Notes: generated by a model not told the origin, from the sequence alone. Positions 1-7,714 are shown, counted from the first letter of the stretch. The stretch: DNA of 24,000 nt from Laceyella sacchari (GCF_004343255.1 NZ_SMDD01000001.1:1246738-1270737); one strand, 5' to 3'. Translations and numbers: made by a program.

Positions 1-502
1 TATCATTGCACTGAGAAAGGATGGAGTTGATTCCCTTTGTCTTTGTTTTGCTTTCAAAAGCCCGATTTGTGACATTCAACAGCATCTCTTCCGCTCGACT
101 CAATACATTGTAAGGATTTTCTGCAGAATAACCGGTTGCAGATATTTGTTCTGCTGTCTGGATCAGTCGCCGCAACATAGCTTTCTCTTCTACTATCTTG
201 GCGTAGTGTTCTGCATTAGCCGCAGTAGGCACAGTACTTGCCAGCTCGTTTAGATAAATTACGCCACCAGCTTCATCTAGCCGTTTCCGTCCTTGTAACT
301 CTGCTGTCAAGGTGACTAAATCAACGGGCCGCCCTGTATCTGAAATATCTCGTATTGTTTGAAAGATAATGTGGTGGGCCCGGACATAAAAGTCATCCGG
401 GCTTAATGCGACATCATGAATACAATCAGGATTTAGCAAGATCGACCCCAAGACGGCCTGTTCCGCTTCCATGCTGTGTGGTGGCAATTTGTCCATCATC
501 AT
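1..502 (-). CDS. dnaB: Replicative DNA helicase, DnaB-like N-terminal domain (partial, runs off left edge)
   Basis: Reverse-strand translation reads MMMDKLPPHSMEAEQAVLGSILLNPDCIHDVALSPDDFYVRAHHIIFQTIRDISDTGRPVDLVTLTAELQGRKRLDEAGGVIYLNELASTVPTAANAEHYAKIVEEK..., the typical DnaB N-terminal domain. GGGAG Shine-Dalgarno lies 8 nt upstream of the ATG at 502. It is absent from the ORF track because it has no stop in the window. Confidence 0.93.
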   Translation of the reverse strand, partial: MMMDKLPPHSMEAEQAVLGSILLNPDCIHDVALSPDDFYVRAHHIIFQTIRDISDTGRPVDLVTLTAELQGRKRLDEAGGVIYLNELASTVPTAANAEHYAKIVEEKAMLRRLIQTAEQISATGYSAENPYNVLSRAEEMLLNVTNRAFESKTKTKGINSILSQCND

Positions 503-524
503 GTTCATCTCTCCCTTTTTTTTG

Positions 525-1589
525 TTATAGCGCACCAGCGTAGGTGTCCGGATCGATTCCGGCCATGATCATAGCCTTTCTTGCCAAATCTTTTGTTTCC
601 TGATGGCGTTTTTCTCTTTCTGTCGCTTCTGCTTCTGCCACTTTTTTCGCTTCTTCTGCCGCGATATGATTTCCAATCACAATTTGAATTACACTGACAG
701 GTGAAGTAGCTTGCTTATGACGCTGATATGCTTCTTTAAGCCCATTCATCAGAATTTCATGGCCGATCCCTTTCCCACGTGCATCCAAGTATCTTTTTTT
801 TGTTGCTTGAGCTGACTGAACGTTCATTTTGTTTTGTAAAGCATAATTTAAAAATTCGGTTGCTTCTTGTTCAACTTTTTTATCAAACAAACAATCCCCG
901 TTTGTTTGTTTGTTTTTAAATTTGTTTTTAGAGTTTGTTTTTAGAGATTGCGAATCCCGTTGGCCCTCTTGATTTGCGACCTTGTCAACCTCTCCCGTTT
1001 CGGGAGGGGGTACCTCTCCCGTTTCGGGAGGGGGTACCTCTCCCGTTTCGGGAGGGGGGAACATTTGTTCCTCTCCCGTTTCGGGAGGGGGGAACATTTG
1101 TTCCTCTCCCGTTTCGGGAGGGGTGGGCAAGAGTTTATGTTTTTCAAGGAGTTTGTTGATGCCGGCAAGATTCAAATATTCGAGATCGGTGATGGCAAAG
1201 CATCCTTTTTTCAATCCTTGAACGATGCATTGGTTCAGTGGATCGTTTAAAAATATGTAACGTTCCTGTTTACCGTTTTCGCCTTGCTCGAAGGTGAGAA
1301 CCCATCCGTTTTTTTCGCATCCATTGATTGTTTCGGTTACACGTGTGTTAGAGATGCCTGCTTTTTTGATCAAAGTGCTACGAGAAACCGCTGCCCACTT
1401 TGCCTCTCTGTTGTATCCGATCGTTTGTCTGATAAGATAACCGACCAGTCGAATTTGGTTCGCTGTTCCTTCTTTCACGATTATGTCGAAGAATACGTTT
1501 GGCGTGCGTGTGAAGCGGTCCCTGTAACTCGGAAAAAACGCCATATAAAAAATCCCCTTCCCATTTTGCGATCCCGCAACCACAAACAA
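525..1589 (-). CDS. Phage/plasmid-type replication initiator-like protein with N-terminal winged-helix and internal PPPETGE repeats
   Basis: 354 aa ORF directly upstream of dnaB on the same strand. N-terminal 'FFDIIVKEGTANQIRLVGYLIRQTIGYNREAKWAAVSRSTLIKKAGISNTRVTETINGCEKNGWV' is typical of replication initiator/replisome-organizer HTH domains. The likely start is an internal Met (MAFFPSYRDRF). Confidence 0.7.
   Translation of the reverse strand: MFVVAGSQNGKGIFYMAFFPSYRDRFTRTPNVFFDIIVKEGTANQIRLVGYLIRQTIGYNREAKWAAVSRSTLIKKAGISNTRVTETINGCEKNGWVLTFEQGENGKQERYIFLNDPLNQCIVQGLKKGCFAITDLEYLNLAGINKLLEKHKLLPTPPETGEEQMFPPPETGEEQMFPPPETGEVPPPETGEVPPPETGEVDKVANQEGQRDSQSLKTNSKNKFKNKQTNGDCLFDKKVEQEATEFLNYALQNKMNVQSAQATKKRYLDARGKGIGHEILMNGLKEAYQRHKQATSPVSVIQIVIGNHIAAEEAKKVAEAEATEREKRHQETKDLARKAMIMAGIDPDTYAGAL
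992..1120 (+). repeat. Five copies of the palindrome CTCCCGTTTCGGGAG inside the initiator gene (iteron-like array)
   Basis: Exact copies at 992-1006, 1016-1030, 1040-1054, 1073-1087 and 1106-1120. Period is 24 bp (linker GGGGTACCT) then 33 bp (linker GGGGGAACATTTGTTCCT). All are multiples of 3 and keep the reading frame. Confidence 0.95.
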
Positions 1590-1701
1590 GAAAGAGGATT
1601 TTGCCCGAGAACTCCTGTAATGCGCCTATAATCGACACGATTGGTTTATTGACCAACGTGACCAAAATAGGTACACTGAAGGTGTTGATAGTATTTCTCG
1701 A

Positions 1702-1739
1702 GCGACCTATCTTGCTTGGCGGCGGGTAGGTCGCTTTTT
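1702..1739 (+). terminator. Rho-independent terminator, rightward
   Basis: GCGACCTA...TAGGTCGC stem (1702-1709 / 1727-1734) followed by TTTTTGTTTTTT. Confidence 0.75.
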
Positions 1740-1959
1740 GTTTTTTATTTTTACTTTCAATTAATTCGATGTATTTGGATATTAGCTTACCATAGATTTG
1801 GACAAGATGTACGTCAACTTTTGACTAACATTTGCTTTAAATTTGCTTCTTCAATTATGCATCAAAAATGCTCCAAAAAGGTCCGTATTTTGTCCGCAAT
1901 TAGTCCGCCTTTTAAATCAACTCCATTCAAGGCCATGTGGGGAAATCCTACATGGTTTT

Positions 1960-2166
1960 TTATTTGTCTTCAAACAGACTTTCGATTGAAGGAAGTTCTA
2001 AGGCTTCTTTTATTGCGAAAAGGTAGTCAACGCTATAAGTGGAGGCATCACGGCAATATCTCGATATAACGCTTTGTGAAACCCCTGATTCCTCTGCCAA
2101 TTTCATTTGGGACCAGTTTCTTTCTTTAAGAATTCGGGCCAATATGCATTTCTTTTTCTTAACCAC
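1960..2166 (-). CDS. XRE/Cro-CI family HTH regulator (68 aa)
   Basis: MVKKKKCILARILKERNWSQMKLAEESGVSQSVISRYCRD..., canonical helix-turn-helix. AGGAGG-like Shine-Dalgarno upstream. Confidence 0.85.
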   Translation of the reverse strand: MVKKKKCILARILKERNWSQMKLAEESGVSQSVISRYCRDASTYSVDYLFAIKEALELPSIESLFEDK

Positions 2167-2196
2167 TTTGACTTCCTCCTATTAGGTGTCAGACTT

Positions 2197-2261
2197 AGTA
2201 TAACTCACCAAAGATAATTAATCAATACGTATTGACTACCCGTTAATGGGTAAGTTATAAT
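2197..2261. promoter_or_regulatory. Divergent promoters with overlapping palindromic operators
   Basis: Minus strand: TTGATT (2225-2220), 17 nt, TATACT (2202-2197). Plus strand: TTGACT (2232-2237), 18 nt, TATAAT (2256-2261). Perfect palindrome TCAATACGTATTGA at 2222-2235 spans both -35s. Near-palindrome ACCCGTTAATGGGT at 2238-2251. Confidence 0.8.
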
Positions 2262-2291
2262 GACTATAAATGAATGAAAGGAGCTGATCAC

Positions 2292-2393
2292 TTGAATAAA
2301 AAGGCTGAATCAACTGAAAAACCGCGCAACAAAGACCTGTTGCCAACCATCGACCACAAGGATGAGAAAGATCAACAGGAGGTAACGAAATGA
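2292..2393 (+). CDS. Small protein (33 aa), first ORF of the rightward cluster
   Basis: AAAGGAG Shine-Dalgarno then TTG start: LNKKAESTEKPRNKDLLPTIDHKDEKDQQEVTK. Stop overlaps the next ATG (ATGA). Confidence 0.5.
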   Translation: MNKKAESTEKPRNKDLLPTIDHKDEKDQQEVTK

Positions 2394-2692
2394 AAAAACA
2401 GCTTTGGTATGTGGAGACGACGTTGTATGACGCTTCTGGAGAGATGATTTGTGAGCCTGGTTGTGTAGTAGTTGAGGCTTCTAACCTGAAGGAAGCTACC
2501 AAAAAGGCGAAGCGACTTTCTCTTGAGAATTACAAGCAGGCCGCGGACGCTGAGTGGGGCACTGCTGAAGAGGTTGGAACGCCGGAGATTGAAGCACTGA
2601 AGGAAATCTTGGGGGATGAGCTGATTTTTGAAGAGGGTTTGTTTGTGGATGAGGAAGGAGGTGATTGTGGTGAAGCGATTCGCAAAGGATGA
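2390..2692 (+). CDS. Hypothetical acidic protein (100 aa)
   Basis: ORF with AGGAGG Shine-Dalgarno (2377-2382) and translational coupling with the upstream small ORF. Confidence 0.75.
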   Translation: MKKQLWYVETTLYDASGEMICEPGCVVVEASNLKEATKKAKRLSLENYKQAADAEWGTAEEVGTPEIEALKEILGDELIFEEGLFVDEEGGDCGEAIRKG

Positions 2693-2765
2693 TGACCGGA
2701 TCATCATGGAGATCGATATGGATGACTGGACCAGTCCTCAGGGACAGCCGAAGCCAAAAAAGTAA
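2667..2765 (+). CDS. Small protein (32 aa) overlapping the previous ORF
   Basis: AAGGAGG Shine-Dalgarno followed by a GTG start: VVKRFAKDDDRIIMEIDMDDWTSPQGQPKPKK. Confidence 0.5.
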   Translation: MVKRFAKDDDRIIMEIDMDDWTSPQGQPKPKK

Positions 2766-2852
2766 AAGGCCCCTCTGATCTTGCACATCAGAGAAGGCCG
2801 TTGTGAAAAGTCATTTCAGCGACATTGTATCACAAAATCAGGAGGTTTGACC

Positions 2853-2999
2853 ATGTGGGGCAACGACGATCGTGAAGATGTGAAGTCCCTCGATGGCAAG
2901 CGTAAAGAAAAAGAACTTGGCGAAGCCATTGTGGGCTTTTTCTCAGGTGATACATCAAAAGATGAGTTGGAAGAACGGTACCCAGGATTGTTTTGTTGA
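2853..2999 (+). CDS. Hypothetical protein MWGNDDREDVKSLDGKRKEKELGEAIVGFFSGDTSKDELEERYPGLFC (48 aa)
   Basis: Start chosen from the GGAGG Shine-Dalgarno (2841-2845), internal to the 2781-2999 ORF of the track. Confidence 0.6.
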   Translation: MWGNDDREDVKSLDGKRKEKELGEAIVGFFSGDTSKDELEERYPGLFC

Positions 3000-3057
3000 T
3001 TACAGAAAGGGCTTCGGTCATTTGGCGGGAGCCCGTTTGCTTTTGAGGTGAGGCAAG

Positions 3058-3561
3058 ATGCAGGAGGCATGGAAGTGGATTCAAGGTTATGAAGGCTTTT
3101 ATAAAGTCAGTAATCTTGGCCAGGTAAACTCGGTTCATCGTGTCTTCCGTGATCGCCGTGGGATTCGCCGAGTGAACCAAGAGCGGATCCTCAAACCATT
3201 TTTTCGCGGCGGCCGGCTGATCGTAACTTTGAGGAAGGGCGGCTATGTGAATACCTATCCGGTGAAGCACCTGGTTGCCCGGGCCTTCCTGATCAATCCG
3301 TGGGGATATGAGTGTGTCCAGCATAAAGATGGGAACCCCCTCAATTGCGCAGCGGCCAATCTTGAGTGGGTGGCAAGGGAAGACACTTACCCAGTCTCGG
3401 TGGTTGTAAAGCGGGAGCTGGCAACCCTCACGCCACAGGATATCACCGACATTCGGTTGATGTACAGGAAGGGTAGCCAAGAGTATGGCATTAAGGGGTT
3501 GGCGCAGCTGTTTGGTGTTTCAAAACAGACCATTAAGAAGATCGTTTCTTTTGAGATATAG
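3058..3561 (+). CDS. HNH homing-endonuclease-like protein with NUMOD4-type N-terminus
   Basis: 'WKWIQGYEGFYKVSNLGQVNSV' (NUMOD4-like), 'VKHLVARAFLINPWGYECVQHKDGNPLNCAAANLEWVAREDT' (HNH core) and a C-terminal HTH 'YGIKGLAQLFGVSKQTIKKIV'. Confidence 0.85.
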   Translation: MQEAWKWIQGYEGFYKVSNLGQVNSVHRVFRDRRGIRRVNQERILKPFFRGGRLIVTLRKGGYVNTYPVKHLVARAFLINPWGYECVQHKDGNPLNCAAANLEWVAREDTYPVSVVVKRELATLTPQDITDIRLMYRKGSQEYGIKGLAQLFGVSKQTIKKIVSFEI

Positions 3562-4191
3562 GTGGTGATGTTCATGAATTTACTTAAAGGAATTGCCAAA
3601 GGTGTTGTCAGAGTGGGACGTGATCTCTTCGTTGATCCAGACGTTCAAGACAGTTATGACGAAGAGTATGATGACTATGATGAGTACGCAGAAGAAGAGG
3701 ATTTTAAAAATGATATTGTCCGAGATGATGGAGTGGTTCTGTCAATAGATATGGAGAAATTGAACCAGAAAACCGAGCATGATCTTTTCCTTTCTGATGA
3801 AATAGATTGTCCGAAGTGTAGTAGCTGTGGAAAGACAGTTCCTTTGCCGGTCTATATTTGGCATGATCGCATGTATTGCCGGCGATGTGTATCTCAGCGG
3901 GAGATCATGCTTTCTGAGTTAGATCCATCTATTCGAAAAAACATAGAGCAGATCGGGATCATTGTCCTCAAAGATGGAACAAAGATTTTTGTCTTATGGG
4001 ATGAAGAGGATGTGGTCAAAAAGTTGGAGAGATATCGCAAGAAGAGAAGGTATTGTCCGTTCGAGGATGTGGAAGTGGGTAAGGTTTATGTATATCCAGA
4101 GGATGTGAAAAAAGTGCTTCAACCGATGCAGCTTTATCACCAGAAATGGACCGGCCCGGTTCGTCCAGAAAGGGAAAATGATGATGATTGA
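3562..4191 (+). CDS. Hypothetical protein with CxxC...CxxC zinc-binding motif
   Basis: Long ORF overlapping 4188 by 4 nt. 'CPKCSSCGKTVPLPVYIWHDRMYCRRCVSQRE' resembles a zinc ribbon. True start may be the internal MNLLKG. Confidence 0.7.
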   Translation: MVMFMNLLKGIAKGVVRVGRDLFVDPDVQDSYDEEYDDYDEYAEEEDFKNDIVRDDGVVLSIDMEKLNQKTEHDLFLSDEIDCPKCSSCGKTVPLPVYIWHDRMYCRRCVSQREIMLSELDPSIRKNIEQIGIIVLKDGTKIFVLWDEEDVVKKLERYRKKRRYCPFEDVEVGKVYVYPEDVKKVLQPMQLYHQKWTGPVRPERENDDD

Positions 4192-4214
4192 TTCCCATCA
4201 TAGGAGGGGTTCGT

Positions 4215-4613
4215 ATGGAAATTGGCATTTATGGCGGCGCGATGTATGCCACGGTTGCAGTGGATCAGATCGAGAGAAAAGAGATTCAACTGGGAGATGG
4301 CATCTTGGTGCCTAGCGAGTTCGTGAAACAGTTGGGAGAAAAGAAACGTTCCAGTTTCGAGATGCAGGATGGGTTCTATCTGAGGTTCGAGGGAATTGCT
4401 CATGACGAATATGGGAATGAGGTTTTGCTGTTTGGCGTGAATCGGTTCAGCAACTGCAACTGGTACTACGCTTTCCACTATATCGATAACGAGACACTAT
4501 TGGTGGCCAGTGGCGGTGGAGTTTGGGATGTGCGTGTAAAGCGATTGGTCAAGTTTAGCGAATTGCCGGCCGATGCAGTTGAAGAAATGGCTGAGCAATT
4601 AAGTTTCTTTTAG
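4215..4613 (+). CDS. Hypothetical protein (132 aa)
   Basis: TAGGAGGGG Shine-Dalgarno 4201-4209 then ATG at 4215. The 4188 start in the ORF track is less likely. Confidence 0.7.
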   Translation: MEIGIYGGAMYATVAVDQIERKEIQLGDGILVPSEFVKQLGEKKRSSFEMQDGFYLRFEGIAHDEYGNEVLLFGVNRFSNCNWYYAFHYIDNETLLVASGGGVWDVRVKRLVKFSELPADAVEEMAEQLSFF

Positions 4614-4649
4614 TGGCCGTTTTATAAGTCAGACTTAAAATTCTTTATC

Positions 4650-4690
4650 AAGGAGAGAGGAGAAGAACATGCTTTAACCTCTCTCCTTTT
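4650..4690 (+). terminator. Rho-independent terminator of the 2.3-4.6 kb cluster
   Basis: AAGGAGAGAGG / CCTCTCTCCTT 11-bp inverted repeat followed by TT. Confidence 0.65.
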
Positions 4691-4878
4691 CAAAGAAAAT
4701 GTGTGCCAAATCCCACTTCTGACGTGGAGAAGGCGACAGGGCATACATGAGAGGAGGGAGGCTGAACTCGCAAAACTCGCAAAATCCCCTACTTTCTCCC
4801 TACTTTCATACAACCGGTTATTGATATTATGATTTAATGAACACATTTATTTATAAAATAGCCAGGTGATAAATCACA

Positions 4879-5205
4879 ATGAAATATTATGAAGGGCCTT
4901 GGAAAGTTTATGATGTTAGTGAGGCATATAAGTCATTTGGAGTTTTTGAAGTAAGGGCATATTCCGATTGGGAAGACGGCGAGAAGGAAATTGCTACTGT
5001 GTGGATTAACGATTATGATTTAAATGAAATGCTGGCCAGCCTTCACGCTATATCTAAAGTACCAGAAATGCTATCCCTCTTAGATGCCGCAAAAAGCAGG
5101 CTTCAACAGCTAGGAGATCAGGATGTTGTCAAAGAAATCGAAGGTTTGCTAACACTGCTTGAGTGCAATAACAAAATGGATATACATAGGGATGATTCAG
5201 AGTGA
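4879..5205 (+). CDS. Hypothetical small protein (108 aa)
   Basis: MKYYEGPWKVYDVSEAYKSFGVFEVRAYSDWEDGEKEIATVWINDYDLNEMLASL...; intact ORF followed by a terminator. Confidence 0.65.
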   Translation: MKYYEGPWKVYDVSEAYKSFGVFEVRAYSDWEDGEKEIATVWINDYDLNEMLASLHAISKVPEMLSLLDAAKSRLQQLGDQDVVKEIEGLLTLLECNNKMDIHRDDSE

Positions 5206-5211
5206 AGATAA

Positions 5212-5240
5212 GACAGCGACTTAATGGTCGCTGTTTCTTT
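5212..5240 (+). terminator. Rho-independent terminator
   Basis: ACAGCGAC / GTCGCTGT stem followed by TTCTTT. Confidence 0.75.
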
Positions 5241-5360
5241 GCAGTTTTATTCATCTTTGTTTCAACCCTAAAGATGCAAAGAAAATTTTTTTCGATGAAA
5301 AATACCCAATAAAATCAAGGGTTCTTGCTCATCATCCATATACCGAAAATAAAAAATGTT

Positions 5361-5389
5361 TTGACATTAGATTTTGTTTCATGCTAATT
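5361..5389 (+). promoter_or_regulatory. Sigma-A-type promoter for the HIRAN gene pair
   Basis: Perfect -35 TTGACA (5361-5366), 17-nt spacer, CTAATT (5384-5389). Confidence 0.55.
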
Positions 5390-5433
5390 TTCTAATCGCA
5401 AACAATTTTTCCAAATGGAAGGAGCAATGAAGA

Positions 5434-6309
5434 ATGCCTTGGACATTAAAAAATGGGCAGACTCGATACACAGCGGAGGAGGTGAAAGAATCTGGTAAAC
5501 CTTATGTTGGAGTGTACAAACATTACAATGGATATCAACGAATTGATGGTTATGTCACATGGGATGAATGTGAGCGTTATGGCTTTCGATTGCCAACGGA
5601 GCAAGAAGAGCCTGTTCAGTTCCGGTTCATAGGAAACCGCCGGAACTATTACTGTGGTGAGTACGATCGGCGGGAAGAGATGGCTACTTATCTTTTGTCA
5701 AAAGAAGAAAAGGAGTTTTGGGGAAAGGTCATCAAACCAATGAAGTGGCGAGAGGAAGTCAAGTTCAAATCGTATGCTTCCGAGCCGTGGGAGTGGACCA
5801 ATCTTCTCCTGTCACCGGACGACTTGATTACTGTGACGTTTAGGGATGTTCAAGAAGAGGATGAGAACGAGTACATTCAAGCCATTTGCCGGTTTCCCGA
5901 GTATGATCGTCATGAAAGCAACTGGAGATGGGGAGAGGCAAAACTGGTTTTGGCCAAGAAAAAATCTGTCCGAAAACTATGGACTCGTTTGCTGGATTGC
6001 GAGCATTATCAGGAAGTGATCAACCAGTTAGATAAAGAAAGCCCGGTACAGTTGCATGTGGCGACTGACAATCAGATCTATGTCCAAGCCAACTTGGAGT
6101 TACCGGTAACAATTGGTCGTTTGCATCCGGCCATTAGCAAAAGGCTAATTTCATTGATACAAGCAGGTAGGAAAGTGGTAGCAAAGATTACTGAGCTTAT
6201 AGATGAATGGGAAGGGAAACGGGAACTTGGAAGAGACAGCGTGGTTCGATGGACAGGCATTAAGATCATTATCTTCTTTGAGGAGAGTGGACAAAATGAA
6301 AATGCATAA
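5434..6309 (+). CDS. Unknown protein with divergent HIRAN-like C-terminal region
   Basis: 291 aa ORF with GGAAGGAG Shine-Dalgarno. C-terminal 'VTIGRLHPAISKRLISLIQAGRKVVAKITELIDEW...VVRWTGIKIIIFF' aligns by eye with the HIRAN tail of the next gene. Confidence 0.6.
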   Translation: MPWTLKNGQTRYTAEEVKESGKPYVGVYKHYNGYQRIDGYVTWDECERYGFRLPTEQEEPVQFRFIGNRRNYYCGEYDRREEMATYLLSKEEKEFWGKVIKPMKWREEVKFKSYASEPWEWTNLLLSPDDLITVTFRDVQEEDENEYIQAICRFPEYDRHESNWRWGEAKLVLAKKKSVRKLWTRLLDCEHYQEVINQLDKESPVQLHVATDNQIYVQANLELPVTIGRLHPAISKRLISLIQAGRKVVAKITELIDEWEGKRELGRDSVVRWTGIKIIIFFEESGQNENA

Positions 6310-6847
6310 CCGGTATCAAGTGACGATTGAGGGAAAAACGGAGTTGGTTGAAGAGTTTGCCCGGCTGCACCAAGAGCGATTGGCCAAGTTGTATCCAGAA
6401 CAAGTCTTGGACTGTCAGCCAGGCAAAATCGAAATTCAGATGGTCAAAGGGAAAACATTGCAGGAAGAGGATACCCGGGTGGCCGGCGTGCCGTATGAAA
6501 ATCGGCAGGAGCTCGTTGCCAAGATGACAACCGAGACTCCGTTGCGGCTAGTCCGCGAACCTGATAACATCTATGATGAAAACGCAATTGCCGTTCATGC
6601 ACTGATTGAAGATCAATGGTGTCAGATTGGCTACCTTCACCGCTGGCAAGCTTTCAGATTGGCCCCATTATTGGATAGGGGAGAACAGATTGACATCAAA
6701 ATCCGAAGCATTGAAAAAGAGTCTGTCGAAGATTGGAACGGGGATGTGCTGCATGAATGGATGGGCGTGAAGATCAAACTCTCATATCTGTGGGACATCT
6801 CATTGTATGATGTGTTAAAGGGCGAAAACGAAGGCCAAGCGGGATAA
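6296..6847 (+). CDS. HIRAN domain protein (183 aa)
   Basis: 'TRVAGVPYENRQELVAKMTTETPLRLVREPDNIYDENAIAVH...WCQIGYLHRWQAFRLAPLLDRGEQIDIKI' matches the HIRAN pattern (G..., L.REP.N.YD.NAI.V, IGYL, LAPLLD.G). Start reset to 6296 by the AGGAG Shine-Dalgarno. Confidence 0.8.
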   Translation: MKMHNRYQVTIEGKTELVEEFARLHQERLAKLYPEQVLDCQPGKIEIQMVKGKTLQEEDTRVAGVPYENRQELVAKMTTETPLRLVREPDNIYDENAIAVHALIEDQWCQIGYLHRWQAFRLAPLLDRGEQIDIKIRSIEKESVEDWNGDVLHEWMGVKIKLSYLWDISLYDVLKGENEGQAG

Positions 6848-6939
6848 GGTCCCGCGTGTCACCAGCTTATCTGGTGGCACAACGGCGTGACATCAGAACC
6901 TAACTTTGTTGATATTATAATCAAAGAGGAGATTATATT

Positions 6940-7713
6940 ATGAATCGTGATTTGCGAAAGCCGGTTGCAATCATAAAAAAAGCGATGCAAGCTGGCGATA
7001 ACCAAGGGGATTTAAAATATGTGATTGCCGAAAGCTTAAAGGATTTGCTTGAAGATCAGCAGTGGTTGCACGGATCCGATGTAAGGATTTTTGAAGAGTT
7101 TTGCCAGGCGTATTTGGGTTGTCGTGTAAAGGATCTGTTGCAAATCTGCCGGCATGATACATATGTGGTCAGCTTGATCAATGAAGCGTTGAAGATCAAC
7201 CATCAGGGAATTCGCCGTGTAAAAGCCAAGGAGTTTGTTGATCGGCCATCCGGTACGTCCAAAGAGCAAGCGTTGCGCCGGCTGAAAAAGGATAGGCCGG
7301 AGCTATATGAAAAAGTGGTCAAAGGACAGTTGAGTGCGCATGAGGCGATGGTAAAAGCGGGCTTTCGGAAACCCTACAAATCAGTCCGACCAGAAGTCAA
7401 TCATGTGGCCATTTTTCTTCATGAGCACTTTAACGATGATCAATTGAGAGAAATCATCCATCAGGTGTTTGCGTTGCGGCAAGGGCATACATCAGTTAAG
7501 GCATTGCGTGAAGGCGAAAAGATCAATCTGTTTGCAGAAGTAGACAAATCATCCATGGAAAGCGAGATTCGGATCATGGCAGAAAAGTCAGTGACCAAAG
7601 AACTGGGCCCGTTTCTACAAATGGTACTACAGCTATATCAGAAACATGAGAAACCATATAAAAATCGCGGCAATCACGACAACAGACAACGTTTCTATTA
7701 TCGTTTGCTGTAA
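6940..7713 (+). CDS. Phage-like hypothetical protein (257 aa), possible DNA-binding
   Basis: Intact ORF with GAGGAG Shine-Dalgarno. Contains 'RPSGTSKEQALRRLKKDRPELYEKVVKGQLSAHEAMVKAGFRK', a motif seen in phage/mobile-element proteins. Confidence 0.65.
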   Translation: MNRDLRKPVAIIKKAMQAGDNQGDLKYVIAESLKDLLEDQQWLHGSDVRIFEEFCQAYLGCRVKDLLQICRHDTYVVSLINEALKINHQGIRRVKAKEFVDRPSGTSKEQALRRLKKDRPELYEKVVKGQLSAHEAMVKAGFRKPYKSVRPEVNHVAIFLHEHFNDDQLREIIHQVFALRQGHTSVKALREGEKINLFAEVDKSSMESEIRIMAEKSVTKELGPFLQMVLQLYQKHEKPYKNRGNHDNRQRFYYRLL

Positions 7714-7714
7714 G

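Noticed and set aside
992-1120. CRISPR-like array in the initiator gene
   Set aside because: The repeat units are only 15 bp, the linkers are identical rather than unique spacers, the whole array is in frame inside a CDS, and no cas genes are present.
935-1250. ORFs 935-1159 (+), 941-1168 (-), 948-1250 (+) and 982-1221 (+) from the track
   Set aside because: These are alternative-frame translations of the tandem palindromes (LSRFGRGE, PLPKRER, SPVSGGG repeats) with no supporting start signals; the 525-1589 frame explains the region.
1716-2069. 117 aa plus-strand ORF
   Set aside because: It runs antisense across the XRE gene and intergenic DNA, crosses a terminator-like hairpin, and has low-complexity sequence with no ribosome binding site.
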